From positions 1,488,001 through 1,552,000 of the forward strand of contig CAXIUT010000183.1 in assembly GCA_964035545.1 (NCBI GenBank): a stretch of DNA of 64,000 bases, written 5' to 3'. The stretch is from Bugula neritina. Its lineage: Eukaryota > Animalia > Bryozoa. Under the pieces are notes generated by a model, which was given only the letters and a program-made list of their open reading frames with translations, ran no database searches and was not told the origin of the DNA. Positions 12,093 to 29,530 of the stretch are shown here, in pieces (position 1 is the stretch's first letter; each line of letters opens with the position of its first letter). The translations under genes and the position numbers were made by a program.

Positions 12093-14853
12093 ATACTGCA
12101 ACATACTGAAATACAGAGTAACATACTGAAAAACACTGCTACATACTGAAATATACTGCAACATACTGCAACATACTGAAATGCACAGTAACATACTGAA
12201 ATAAACTGCAACATACTACAACATATTGAAATACACTGCAACACATTGAAATATACTGCAACATACCTAAATATACGGTAATATACTGAAATTCACTGTA
12301 ACGCATTGCAAAATACTGCAACATACTGAAATTCACTGCGACACACTGAAATACGCTGCAAAATACTACAACATACTGAAATAAACTGTAACATATTGAA
12401 ATACACTGCAACACATTGAAAAATACTGCAACATACTGAAATATACTGTAACACACTGAAATATACTGCAACATACTGAAATACACTGTAACATACTGAA
12501 ATATACTGCAACATACTGAAATACACTGCAACATACTGAAATACACTGCAACACACTGAAATACACCGCAAAATACTACAACATACTGAAATACACTGTA
12601 ACATATTGAAATCCAGTGCAACACATTGAAATATACTGCAACATACCGAAATATATGGTAAACTAATGAAATATACTGTAACACATTGAAAAATACCGCA
12701 ACATACTGAAATATACTGCGACACATTGCAATATACTGTAACATACTGAAATATGCTGTAGCACACTGAAATACACTGCAACATCCTACAACATACTGAA
12801 ATACACTGTAACATATTGAAATACACTGCAAGAAATTGAAATAGACTGCAAGACAACAAAATATATGGTAAACTACTGAAATAGACTTTAACACATTGAA
12901 AAATACTGCAACATACAGAAATATACTGTAACACACTGAAATATACTGCAACATACTGAAATACACTGTAACATACTGAAATATACTGCAACATACTGAA
13001 ATACACTGCTACATACTGAAATATACTGCAACATACTGCAACATGCTGCAACATACTGAAATACGCTGTAACATACTGAAATACACTGCAGCATACTACA
13101 ACCTATTGAAATACACTGCAACACATTGAAATGTACTGCAACATACCGAAATATACGGTAATATACTGAAATATACTGTAACACATTGAAAAATACTGCA
13201 ACATACTGAAATACACTGCAACACACTGAAACACACCGCAAAAAACTACAACATACTGAAATACACTGTAACATATTAAAACATACTGCAACATACTGCA
13301 ACATACTGAAATACACTGCAACACACTGAAATATACCGCAAAATACTACAACATACTGAAATACACTGTAACATATTGAAATACACTGCAACACATTGAA
13401 ATATACTGCAACATACCAAAATATATGGTAAACAACTGAAATATACTTTAACACATTGAAAAATACTGCAACATACTGAAATACAGAGTAACATACTGAA
13501 AAACACTGCTACATACTGAAATATACTGCAACATACTGCAACATACTGAAATACACAGTAACATACTGAAATAAACTGCAACATACTACAACATATTGAA
13601 ATACACTGCAACACATTGAAATATACTGCAACATACCTAAATATACGGTAATATACTGAAATTCACTGTAACCCATTGCAAAATACTGCAACATACTGAA
13701 ATTCACTGCGACACACTGAAATACGCTGCAAAATACTACAACATACTGAAATAAACTGTAACATATTGAAATACACTGCAACACATTGAAAAATACTGCA
13801 ACATACTGAAATATACTGTAACACACTGAAATATACTGCAACATACTGAAATACACTGTAACATACTGATATATACTGCAACATACTGAAATACACTGCA
13901 ACATACTGAAATACACTGCAACACACTGAAATACACTGCAAAATACTACAACATACTGAAATACACTGTAACATTTTGAAATCCAGTGCAACACATTGAA
14001 ATATACTGCAACATACCGAAATATATGGTAAACTAATGAAATATACTGTAACACATTGAAAAATACCGCAACATACTGAAATATACTGCGACACATTGCA
14101 ATATACTGTAACATACTGAAATATGCTGAAGCACACTGAAATACACTGCAACATCCTACGACATACTGAAATACACTGTAACATATTGAAATACACTGCA
14201 AGAAATTGAAATAGACTGCAAGACAACAAAATATATGGTAAACTACTGAAATAGACTTTAACACATTGAAAGATACTGCAACATACAGAAATATACTGTA
14301 ACACACTGAAATATACTGCAACATACTGAAATACACTGTAACATACTGAAATATACTGCAACATACTGAAATACACTGCTACATACTGAAATATACTGCA
14401 ACATACTGCAACATGCTGCAACATACTGAAATACGCTGTAACATACTGAAATACACTGCAGCATACTACAACCTATTGAAATACACTGCAACACATTGAA
14501 ATGTACTGCAACATACCGAAATATACGGTAATATACTGAAATATACTGTAACACATTGAAAAATACTGCAACATACTGAAATACACTGCAACACACTGAA
14601 ACACACCGCAAAAAACTACAACATACTGAAATACACTGTAACATATTAAAACATACTGCAACATACTGCAACATACTGAAATACACTGCAACACACTGAA
14701 ATATACCGCAAAATACTACAACATACTGAAATACACTGTAACATATTGAAATACACTGCAACACATTGAAATATACTGCAACATACCAAAATATATGGTA
14801 AACAACTGAAATATACTTTAACACATTGAAAAATACTGCAACATACTGAAATA
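12093..14853. repeat. 1,370-bp tandem duplication
   Basis: ATACAGAGTA ACATACTGAA AAACACTGCT at 12111 and 13481. ORF pairs 12139/13509, 12293/13663 and 12888/14258 are all offset by 1370. Confidence 0.9.
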
Positions 14854-17767
14854 TACTGCGACACTTTGCAATATACTGTAACATACCGAAATATGCTCTA
14901 GCACACTGAAATACACTGCAACTCACTGAAATATACTGCAACATACTGAAATACACTGTGACATCCTGAAATATACTGCAACATTCTGAAATACACTGCT
15001 ACATACTGAAATATACTGCAACATACTGCAACATACTGAAATACACTGCAACACATTGAAATACACTGCAACTTACCGAATATATGGTAAACTACTGAAA
15101 TATACTGTAACGAATTGAAAAATACTGCAACATACTGAAATATATTGCGACACATTGCAATATACTGTAACATACTGAAAAATGCTGTAGCACACTGAAA
15201 TATACTGCAATTCACTGAAATATACTGCAACATACTGAAATACACTGCAACATCCTACAACATACTGAAATACTTTGTAACTTATTGAAATACACTGCAA
15301 CACATTGAAATATACTGCAACATAACGAAATATATTTTAACACATTGAAAAATACTGCAACATACTGAAATACACTGCAACACATTGAAATATACTGCAA
15401 CATACCGAAATATATGGTAAACTACTGAAATATACTGTAACACATTGAAAAATACTGCAACATACTGAAATATACTGCAACATACCTAAATATACGGTAA
15501 TATACTGAAATATACTGTAACACACCGAAATATACTGCAACATACTAAAATACACTGCTACATACTGCAACATACTGCAACATACTGCAACATACTGAAA
15601 TACACTGTAACATACTGAAATAAACTGCAACATACTACAACATATTGAAATACACTGCAACACATTGAAATATACTGCTACATACCTAAATATACGGTAA
15701 TATACTGAAATATACTGTAACACATTGAAAAAACTGCAACATACTGAAATACACTGCAACACACTGAAATACACCGCAAAATACTACAACATACTGAAAT
15801 ACACTGTAACATATTGAAATCCACTGCAACACATTGAAATATACTGCAACATACCGAAATATATGGTAAACTAATGAAATATACTGCTACATACCTAAAT
15901 ATCCGGTAATATACTGAAATATACTGTAACACATTGAAAAAACTGCAACATACTGAAATACACTGCAACACACTGAAATACACCGCAAAATACTACAACA
16001 TACTGAAATACACTGTAACATATTGAAATCCACTGCAACACATTGAAATATACTGCAACATACCGAAATACACTGTGACATCCTGAAATATACTGCAACA
16101 TTCTGAAATACACTGCTACATACTGAAATATACTGCAACATACTGCAACATACTGAAATACACTGCAACATACTACAACATACTGAAATACACTGCGACA
16201 CACTGAAATACGCTGCAAAATACTACAACATACTGAAATAAACTGTAACATATTGAAATACACTGCAATACATTGAAAAAGTAATGCAATATACTGAAAT
16301 ATACTGTAACACACTGAAATATACTGCAACATACTGAAAAACACTGTAACATACTGAAATATACTGCAACGTACTGAAATACACTGCTACATACTGAAAT
16401 ATACTGTAGCATACTGCAACATACTGAAATACACTGTAACATACTGAGATACACTGTCGCATACTGCAACATATTGAACTACACTGCAACACATTGAAAT
16501 ATATTGCAACTTATCGAATATATGGAAAACTACTGAAATATACTGTAACGCATTGAAAAAGACTGCAACATACTGAAATATATTGCGACACATTGCAATA
16601 TACTGTAATTTACTGAAAAATGCTGTAGCACACTGAAATATACTGCAATTCGCTGAAATATACTGCAACATACTGAAATACACCGCAACATCCTACAACA
16701 TACTAAAATACACTGTAACATTTCGAAATACACTGCAACACATTGAATTATACTGCAACATAACGAAATATATGGTAAACTACTGAAATATATTTTAACA
16801 AATTGAAAAATACTGCAACATACTGAAATATACTGTAACACACTGAAGTATACTGCAACATACTGAAATACACTGTAACATACTGAAATATACCGCAACA
16901 TACTGAAATACACTGCTACATACTGAAATATACTGCAACGTACTGCAACATACTGCAACATACTGAAATACACTGTAACATACTGAAATACAATGCAACA
17001 TACTACCACATATTGAAATACACTGCAACACATTGAAATGTACTGCAACATACCGAAATATATGGTAAACTACTAAAATATACTGTAACACATTGAAAAA
17101 TACTGCAACATACTGAAATATACTGCAACACCTAGCAATATACTGTAACATACTGAAATATGCTCTAGCACACTGAAATACAATGCAACTTACTGAAATA
17201 TACTGCAACATACTGAAATACACTGCAACATCCTACAATATGCTGAAATACACAGTAACATATTGAAATACACTGCAACACTTTGAAATATACTGCAACA
17301 TACCGAAATAAATGGTAAACTACTGCAACATATTACAACATACTGAAATACACTGCAACACATTGAAATATACTGTGACATACCTAAATATACGGTAATA
17401 TACTGAAATATACTGTAACACATTGAAAAATACTGCAACATACTGAAATATACTGTAACACACCGAAATATACTGCAACATACTGAAATACAGAGTAACA
17501 TACTGAAAAACACTGCTACATACTGAAATATACTGCAACATACGGCAACATACTGAAATACACAGTAACATACTGAAATAAACTGCAACATACTACAACA
17601 TATTGAAATACACTGCAACACATTGAAATATACTGCAACATACCTAAATATACGGTAATATACTAAAATTCACTGTAACGCATTGCAAAATACTGCAACA
17701 TACTGAAATTCACTGCGACACACTGAAATACGCTGCAAAATACTACAACATACTGAAATAAACTGTA

Positions 17768-20700
17768 ACATATTGAAATACACTGCAACACATTGAAAAA
17801 TACTGCAACATACTGAAATATACTGTAACACACTGAAATATAATGCAACATACTGAAATACACTGTAACATACTGAAATATACTGCAACATACTGAAATA
17901 CACTGCAACATACTGAAATACACTGCAACACACTGAAATACACCGCAAAATACTACAACATACTGAAATACACTGTAACATATTGAAATCCAGTGCAACA
18001 CATTGAAATATACTGCAACATACCGAAATATATGGTAAACTAATGAAATATACTGTAACACATTGAAAAATACCGCAACATACTGAAATATACTGCGACA
18101 CATTGCAATATACTGTAACATACTGAAATATGCTGTAGCACACTGAAATACACTGCAACATCCTACAACATACTGAAATACACTGTAACATATTGAAATA
18201 CACTGCAAGAAATTGAAATAGACTGCAACACAACAAAATATATGGTAAACTACTGAAATAGACTTTAACACATTGAAAAATACTGCAACATACAGAAATA
18301 TACTGTAACACACTGAAATATACTGCAACATACTGAAATACACTGTAACATACTGAAATATACTGCAACATACTGAAATACACTGCTACATACTGAAATA
18401 TACTGCAACATACTGCAACATGCTGCAACATACTGAAATACGCTGTAACATACTGAAATACACTGCAACATACTACAACATATTGAAATACACTGCAACA
18501 CATTGAAATGTACTGCAACATACCGAAATATACGGTAATATACTGAAATATACTGTAACACATTGAAAAATACTGCAACATACTGAAATACACTGCAACA
18601 CACTGAAACACACCGCAAAAAACTACAACATACTGAAATACACTGTAACATATTAAAACATACTGCAACGTACTGCAACATACTGAAATACACTGCAACA
18701 CACTGAAATATACCGCAAAATACTACAACATACTGAAATACACTGTAACATATTGAAATACACTGCAACACATTGAAATATACTGCAACATACTGAAATA
18801 TATGGTAAACTAATGAAATATACTGTAACACATTGAAAAATACCGCAACATACTGAAATATACTGCGACACATTGCAAAATACTGTAACATACTGAAATA
18901 TGCTGTAGCACACTGAAATACACTGCAACATCCTACAACATACTGAAATACGCTGTAACATATTGAAATACACTGCAACACATTGAAATATACTGCAACA
19001 TAACAAAATATATGGTAAACTACTGAAATAGACTTTAACACATTGAAAAATACTGCAACATACTGAAATATACTGTAACACACTGAATTATACTGCAACA
19101 TACTGAAATACACTGTAACATACTGAAATATACTGCAACATACTGAAATACACTGCTACATACTGAAATATACTGCAACGTACTGCAACATACTCCAGCA
19201 AACTAAAATACACTGTAACATACTGAAATACACTGCAACATACTACCACATATTGAAATACACTGCAACACATTGAAATGTACTGCAACATACCGAAATA
19301 TATGGTAAACTACTAAAATATACTGTAACATATTGAAAAATACTGCAACATACTGAAATATACTGCGACACCTAGCAATATACTGTAACATACTGAAATA
19401 TGCTCTAGCACACTGAAATACAATGCAACTTACTGAAATATACTGCAACATACTGAAATACACTGCAACATCCTACAATATGCTGAAATACACTGTAACA
19501 TATTGAAATACACTGCAACACTTTGAAATATACTGCAACATACCGAAATATATGGTAAACTACTGCAACATACTACAACATATTGAAATACACTGCAACA
19601 CATTGAAGTATACTGCAACATACCTAAATATACGGTAATATACTGAAATATACTGTAACACATTGAAAAATACTGCAACATACTGAAATATACTGTAACA
19701 CACCGAAATATACTGCAACATACTGAAATACACTGTAACATACTGAAATATAGTGCAACATACTGAAATACACTGCTACATACTGAAATATGCTGCAACA
19801 TACTGCAACATACTGAAATACACTGTAACATACTGAAATAAACTGCAACATACTACAACATATTGAAATACACTGCAACACATTGAAATATACTGCAACA
19901 TACCTAAATATACGGTAATATACTGAAATTCACTGTAACGCATTGCAAAATACTGCAACATACTGAAATTCACTGCGACACACTGAAATACGCTGCAAAA
20001 TACTACAACATACTGAAATAAACTGTAACATATTGAAATACACTGCAACACATAGAAAAATACTGCATCATACTGAAATATACTGTAACACACTGAAATA
20101 TACTGCAACATTCTGAAATACACTGTAACATACTGAAATATACTGCAACATACTGAAATACACTGCTACATACGGAAATATTCTGCAACATACTGCAACA
20201 TACTGCAATACACTGTAACATACTGAAATACACTGCAACATACTACCACATATTGAAATACACTGCAACACATTGAAATACACTGCAACTTAATGAATAT
20301 ATGGTAAACTACTGAAACATACTGTAACGCATTGAAAAATACTGCAACATACTGAAATATATTGCGACACATTGCAATATACTGTAACATACTGAAAAAT
20401 GCTGTAGCACACTGAAATACAATGCAACTTACTGAAATATACTGCAACATACTGAAATACACTGCAACATCCTACAATATGCTGAAATACACTGTAACAT
20501 ATTGAAATACACTGCAACACATTGAAATATACTGCAACATACCGAAATATATGGTAAACTACTAGAAATATACTGTAACACATTGAAAAATACTGCAACA
20601 TACTGAAATATACTGCAACATACCTAAATATACGGTAATATACTGAAATATACTGTAACACACCGAAATATACTGCAACATACTGAAATACACTGTAACA

Positions 20701-23700
20701 TTTTGAAATATACTGCAACATACTGAAATACACTGCTACATACTGCAACATACTGCAACATACTGAAATACACTGTAACATACTGAAATAAACTGCAACA
20801 TACTACAACATATTGAAATGCACTGCAACACATTGAAATATACTGCTACATACCTAAATATACGGTAATATACTGAAATATACTGTAACACATTGAAAAA
20901 ACTGCAACATACTGAAATACACTGCAACACACTGAAATACACCGCAAAATACTACAACATACTGAAATACACTGTAACATATTGAAATCCACTGCAACAC
21001 ATTGAAATATACTGCAACATACCGAAATATATGGTAAACTAATAAAATATACTGTAACACATTGAAAAATACCGCAACATACTGAAATATACTGCGACAC
21101 ATTGCCATATACTGTAACATATTGAAATATGCTGTAGCACACTGAAATACACTGCAACATCCTACAACATACTGAAATACACTGTAACATATTGAAATAC
21201 ACTGCAAGAAATTGAAATAGACTGCAACATAACAAAATATATGGTAAACTACTGAAATAGACTTTAACACATTGAAAAATACTGCAACATACAGAAATAT
21301 ACTGTAACACGCTGAAATATACTGCAACATACTGAAATACACTGTGACATCCTGAAATATACTGCAACATTCTGAAATACGCTGCTACATACTGAAATAT
21401 ACTGCAACATACTGCAACATACTGAAATACACTGCAACATACTACAACATACTGAAATACGCTGCAACACATTGAAATATACTGCAACATACCTAAATAT
21501 ACGGTAATATACCGAAATATACTGTAACGCATTGCAAAATACTGCAACATACTGAAATACACTGCGACACACTGAAATACGCTGCAAAATACTACAACAT
21601 ACTGAAATAAACTGTAACATATTGAAATACACTGCAATACATTGAAAAATAATGCAATATACTGAAATATACTGTAACACACTGAAATATACTGCAACAT
21701 ACTGAAATACACTGTAACATACTGAAATATACTGCAACGTACTGAAATACACTGCTACATACTGAAATATACTGTAGCATACTGCAACATACTGAAATAC
21801 ACTGTAACATACTGAGATACACTGTCGCATACTGCAACATATTGAACTACACTGCAACACATTGAAATATATTGCAACTTATCGAATATATGGAAAACTA
21901 CTGAAATATACTGTAACGCATTGAAAAAGACTGCAACATACTGAAATATATTGCGACACATTGCAATATACTATAACTTACTGAAAAATGCTGTAGCACA
22001 CTGAAATATACTGCAATTCGCTGAAATATACTGCAACATACTGAAATACACCGCAACATCCTACAACATACTAAAATACACTGTAACATTTCGAAATACA
22101 CTGCAACACATTGAATTATACTGCAACATAACGAAATATATGGTAAACTACTGAAATGTATTTTAACAAATTGAAAAATACTGCAACATACTGAAATATA
22201 CTGTAACACACTGAAGTATACTGCAACATACTGAAATACACTGTAACATACTGAAATATACTGCAACATACTGAAATACACTGCTACATACTGAAATATA
22301 CTGCAACGTACTGCAACATACTGCAACATACTGAAATACACTGTAACATACTGAAATACACTGCAACATATTACCACATATTGAAATACACTGCAACACA
22401 TTGAAAAATACTGCAACATACTGAAATATACTGTAACACACTGAAATATACTGCAACATACTGAAATACACTGTAACATACTGAAATATACTGCAACATA
22501 CTGAAATACACTGCAACATACTGAAATACACTGCAACACACTGAAATACACCGCAAAATACTACAACATACTGAAATACACTGTAACATATTGAAATCCA
22601 GTGCAACACATTGAAATATACTGCAACATACCGAAATATATGGTAAACTAATGAAATATACTGTAACACATTGGAAAATACCGCAACATACTGAAATATA
22701 CTGCGACACATTGCAATATACTGTAACATACTGAAATATGCTGTAGCACACTGAAATACACTGCAACATCCTACAACATACTGAAATACACTGTAACATA
22801 TTGAAATACACTGCAAGAAATTGAAATAGACTGCAACACAACAAAATATATGGTAAACTACTGAAATAGACTTTAACACATTGAAAAATACTGCAACATA
22901 CAGAAATATACTGTAACACACTGAAATATACTGCAACATACTGAAATACACTGTAACATACTGAAATATACTGCAACATACTGAAATACACTGCTACATA
23001 CTGAAATATACTGCAACATACTGCAACATGCTGCAACATACTGAAATACGCTGTAACATACTGAAATACACTGCAACATACTACAACATATTGAAATACA
23101 CTGCAACACATTGAAATGTACTGCAACATACCGAAATATACGGTAATATACTGAAATATACTGTAACACATTGAAAAATACTGCAACATACTGAAATACA
23201 CTGCAACACACTGAAACACACCGCAAAAAACTACAACATACTGAAATACACTGTAACATATTAAAACATACTGCAACGTACTGCAACATACTGAAATACA
23301 CTGCAACACACTGAAATATACCGCAAAATACTACAACATACTGAAATACACTGTAACATATTGAAATACACTGCAACACATTGAAATATACTGCAACATA
23401 CTGAAATATATGGTAAACTAATGAAATATACTGTAACACATTGAAAAATACCGCAACATACTGAAATATACTGCGACACATTGCAAAATACTGTAACATA
23501 CTGAAATATGCTGTAGCACACTGAAATACACTGCAACATCCTACAACATACTGAAATACGCTGTAACATATTGAAATACACTGCAACACATTGAAATATA
23601 CTGCAACATAACAAAATATATGGTAAACTACTGAAATAGACTTTAACACATTGAAAAATACTGCAACATACTGAAATATACTGTAACACACTGAATTATA

Positions 23701-26700
23701 CTGCAACATACTGAAATACACTGTAACATACTGAAATATACTGCAACATACTGAAATACACTGCTACATACTGAAATATACTGCAACGTACTGCAACATA
23801 CTCCAGCAAACTAAAATACACTGTAACATACTGAAATACACTGCAACATACTACCACATATTGAAATACACTGCAACACATTGAAATGTACTGCAACATA
23901 CCGAAATATATGGTAAACTACTAAAATATACTGTAACATATTGAAAAATACTGCAACATACTGAAATATACTGCGACACCTAGCAATATACTGTAACACA
24001 CTGAAATATGCTCTAGCACACTGAAATACAATGCAACTTACTGAAATATACTGCAACATACTGAAATACACTGCAACATCCTACAATATGCTGAAATACA
24101 CTGTAACATATTGAAATACACTGCAACATTTTGAAATATACTGCAACATACCGAAATATATGGTAAACTACTGCAACATACTACAACATATTGAAATACA
24201 CTGCAACACATTGAAGTATACTGCAACATACCTAAATATACGGTAATATACTGAAATATACTGTAACACATTGAAAAATACTGCAACATACTGAAATATA
24301 CTGTAACACACCGAAATATACTGCAACATACTGAAATACACTGTAACATACTGAAATATAGTGCAACATACTGAAATACACTGCTACATACTGAAATATG
24401 CTGCAACATACTGCAACATACTGAAATACACTGTAACATACTGAAATAAACTGCAACATACTACAACATATTGAAATACACTGCAACACATTGAAATATA
24501 CTGCAACATACCTAAATATACGGTAATATACTGAAATTCACTGTAACGCATTGCAAAATACTGCAACATACTGAAATTCACTGCGACACACTGAAATACG
24601 CTGCAAAATACTACAACATACTGAAATAAACTGTAACATATTGAAATACACTGCAACACATAGAAAAACACTGCATCATACTGAAATATACTGTAACACA
24701 CTGAAATATACTGCAACATTCTGAAATACACTGTAACATACTGAAATATACTGCAACATACTGAAATACACTGCTACATACGGAAATATTCTGCAACATA
24801 CTGCAACATACTGCAATACACTGTAACATACTGAAATACACTGCAACATACTACCACATATTGAAATACACTGCAACACATTGAAATACACTGCAACTTA
24901 ATGAATATATTGTAAACTACTGAAACATACTGTAACGCATTGAAAAATACTGCAACATACTGAAATATATTGCGACACATTGCAATATACTGTAACATAC
25001 TGAAAAATGCTGTAGCACACTGAAATACAATGCAACTTACTGAAATATACTGCAACATACTGAAATACACTGCAACATCCTACAATATGCTGAAATACAC
25101 TGTAACATATTGAAATACACTGCAACACATTGAAATATACTGCAACATACCGAAATATATGGTAAACTACTAGAAATATACTGTAACACATTGAAAAATA
25201 CTGCAACATACTGAAATATACTGCAACATACCTAAATATACGGTAATATACTGAAATATACTGTAACACACCGAAATATACTGCAACATACTGAAATACA
25301 CTGTAACATTTTGAAATATACTGCAACATACTGAAATACACTGCTACATACTGCAACATACTGCAACATACTGAAATACACTGTAACATACTGAAATAAA
25401 CTGCAACATACTACAACATATTGAAATACACTGCAACACATTGAAATATACTGCTACATACCTAAATATACGGTAATATACTGAAATATACTGTAACACA
25501 TTGAAAAAACTGCAACATACTGAAATACACTGCAACACACTGAAATACACCGCAAAATACTACAACATACTGAAATACACTGTAACATATTGAAATCCAC
25601 TGCAACACATTGAAATATACTGCAACATACCGAAATATATGGTAAACTAATAAAATATACTGTAACACATTGAAAAATACCGCAACATACTGAAATATAC
25701 TGCGACACATTGCCATATACTGTAACATATTGAAATATGCTGTAGCACACTGAAATACACTGCAACATCCTACAACATACTGAAATACACTGTAACATAT
25801 TGAAATACACTGCAAGAAATTGAAATAGACTGCAACATAACAAAATATATGGTAAACTACTGAAATAGACTTTAACACATTGAAAAATACTGCAACATAC
25901 AGAAATATACTGTAACACGCTGAAATATACTGCAACATACTGAAATACACTGTGACATCCTGAAATATACTGCAACATTCTGGAATACGCTGCTACATAC
26001 TGAAATATACTGCAACATACTGCAACATACTGAAATACACTGCAACATACTACAACATACTGAAATACGCTGCAACACATTGAAATATACTGCAACATAC
26101 CTAAATATACGGTAATATACCGAAATATACTGTAACGCATTGCAAAATACTGCAACATACTGAAATACACTGCGACACACTGAAATACGCTGCAAAATAC
26201 TACAACATACTGAAATAAACTGTAACATATTGAAATACACTGCAATACATTGAAAAATAATGCAATATACTGAAATATACTGTAACACACTGAAATATAC
26301 TGCAACATACTGAAATACACTGTAACATACTGAAATATACTGCAACGTACTGAAATACACTGCTACATACTGAAATATACTGTAGCATACTGCAACATAC
26401 TGAAATACACTGTAACATACTGAGATACACTGTCGCATACTGCAACATATTGAACTACACTGCAACACATTGAAATATATTGCAACTTATCGAATATATG
26501 GAAAACTACTGAAATATACTGTAACGCATTGAAAAAGACTGCAACATACTGAAATATATTGCGACACATTGCAATATACTATAACTTACTGAAAAATGCT
26601 GTAGCACACTGAAATATACTGCAATTCGCTGAAATATACTGCAACATACTGAAATACACCGCAACATCCTACAACATACTAAAATACACTGTAACATTTC

Positions 26701-29530
26701 GAAATACACTGCAACACATTGAATTATACTGCAACATAACGAAATATATGGTAAACTACTGAAATGTATTTTAACAAATTGAAAAATACTGCAACATACT
26801 GAAATATACTGTAACACACTGAAGTATACTGCAACATACTGAAATACACTGTAACATACTGAAATATACTGCAACATACTGAAATACACTGCTACATACT
26901 GAAATATACTGCAACGTACTGCAACATACTGCAACATACTGAAATACACTGTAACATACTGAAATACACTGCAACATATTACCACATATTGAAATACACT
27001 GCAACACATTGAAAAATACTGCAACATACTGAAATATACTGTAACACACTGAAATATACTGCAACATACTGAAATACACTGTAACATACTGAAATATACT
27101 GCAACATACTGAAATACACTGCAACATACTGAAATACACTGCAACACACTGAAATACACCGCAAAATACTACAACATACTGAAATACACTGTAACATATT
27201 GAAATCCAGTGCAACACATTGAAATATACTGCAACATACCGAAATATATGGTAAACTAATGAAATATACTGTAACACATTGGAAAATACCGCAACATACT
27301 GAAATATACTGCGACACATTGCAATATACTGTAACATACTGAAATATGCTGTAGCACACTGAAATACACTGCAACATCCTACAACATACTGAAATACACT
27401 GTAACATATTGAAATACACTGCAAGAAATTGAAATAGACTGCAACACAACAAAATATATGGTAAACTACTGAAATAGACTTTAACACATTGAAAAATACT
27501 GCAACATACAGAAATATACTGTAACACACTGAAATATACTGCAACATACTGAAATACACTGTAACATACTGAAATATACTGCAACATACTGAAATACACT
27601 GCTACATACTGAAATATACTGCAACATACTGCAACATGCTGCAACATACTGAAATACGCTGTAACATACTGAAATACACTGCAACATACTACAACATATT
27701 GAAATACACTGCAACACATTGAAATGTACTGCAACATACCGAAATATACGGTAATATACTGAAATATACTGTAACACATTGAAAAATACTGCAACATACT
27801 GAAATACACTGCAACACACTGAAACACACCGCAAAAAACTACAACATACTGAAATACACTGTAACATATTAAAACATACTGCAACATACTGCAACATACT
27901 GAAATACACTGCAACACACTGAAATATACCGCAAAATACTACAACATACTGAAATACACTGTAACATATTGAAATACACTGCAACACATTGAAATATACT
28001 GCAACATACCGAAATATATGGTAAACTAATGAAATATACTGTAACACATTGAAAAATACCGCAACATACTGAAATATACTGCGACACATTGCAATATACT
28101 GTAACATACTGAAATATGCTGTAGCACACTGAAATACACTGCAACATCCTACAACATACTGAAATACACTGTAAGATGTTGAAATACACTGCAACACATT
28201 GAAATATACTGCAACATAACAAAATATATGGTAAACTACTGAAATAGACTTTAACACATTGAAAAAACTGCAACATACTGAAATATACTGTAACACACTG
28301 AATTATACTGCAACATACTGAAATACACTGTAACATACTGAAATATACTGCAACATACTGAAATACACTGCTACATACTGAAATATACTGCAACGTACTG
28401 CAACATACTCCAGCATACTGAAATACACTGTAACATACTGAAATACACTGCAACATACTACCACATATTGAAATACATTGCAACACATTGAAATGTACTG
28501 CAACATACCGAAATATATGGTAAACTACTAAAATATACTGTAACATATTGAAAAATACTGCAACATACTGAAATATACTGCGACACCTAGCAATATACTG
28601 TAACATACTGAAATATGCTCTAGCACACTGAAATACAATGCAACTTACTGAAATATACTGCAACATACTGAAATACACTGCAACATCCTACAATATGCTG
28701 AAATACACTGTAACATATTGAAATACACTGCAACACTTTGAAATATACTGCAACATACCGAAATATATGGTAAACTACTGCAACATACTACAACATATTG
28801 AAATACACTGCAAGACATTGAAGTATACTGCAACATACCTAAATATACGGTAATATACTGAAATATACTGTAACACATTGAAAAATACTGCAACATACTG
28901 AAATATACTGTAACACACCGAAATATACTGCAACATACTGAAATACACTGTAACATACTGAAATATACTGCAACATACTGAAATACACTGCTACATACTG
29001 AAATATGCTGCAACATACTGCAACATACTGAAATACACTGTAACATACTGAAATAAACTGCAACATACTACAACATATTGAAATACACTGCAACACATTG
29101 AAATATACTGCAACATACCTAAATATACGGTAATATACTGAAATTCACTGTAACGCATTGCAAAATACTGCAACATACTGAAATTCACTGCGACACACTG
29201 AAATACGCTGCAAAATACTACAACATACTGAAATAAACTGTAACATATTGAAATACACTGCAACACATAGAAAAATACTGCAACATACTGAAATATACTG
29301 TAACACACTGAAATATACTGCAACATACTGAAATACACTGTAACATACTGAAATATACTGCAACATACTGAAATACACTGCTACATACGGAAATATTCTG
29401 CAACATACTGCAACATACTGCAATACACTGTAACATACTGAAATACACTGCAACATACTACAACATATTGAAATACAGTGCAACACATTGAAATACACTG
29501 TAACTTACCGAATATATGGTAAACTACTGA
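17768..29530. repeat. 4,608-bp tandem higher-order duplication (two full copies, 17768-22375 and 22376-26983, plus a partial, more diverged third)
   Basis: Many ORF pairs offset by exactly 4608 (18265/22873, 20846/25454, 22163/26771). Shared private variants include CCAGCAAACTAAAATA, the 11-bp monomer ACTAGAAATAT and ATTGCCATAT. Confidence 0.92.
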
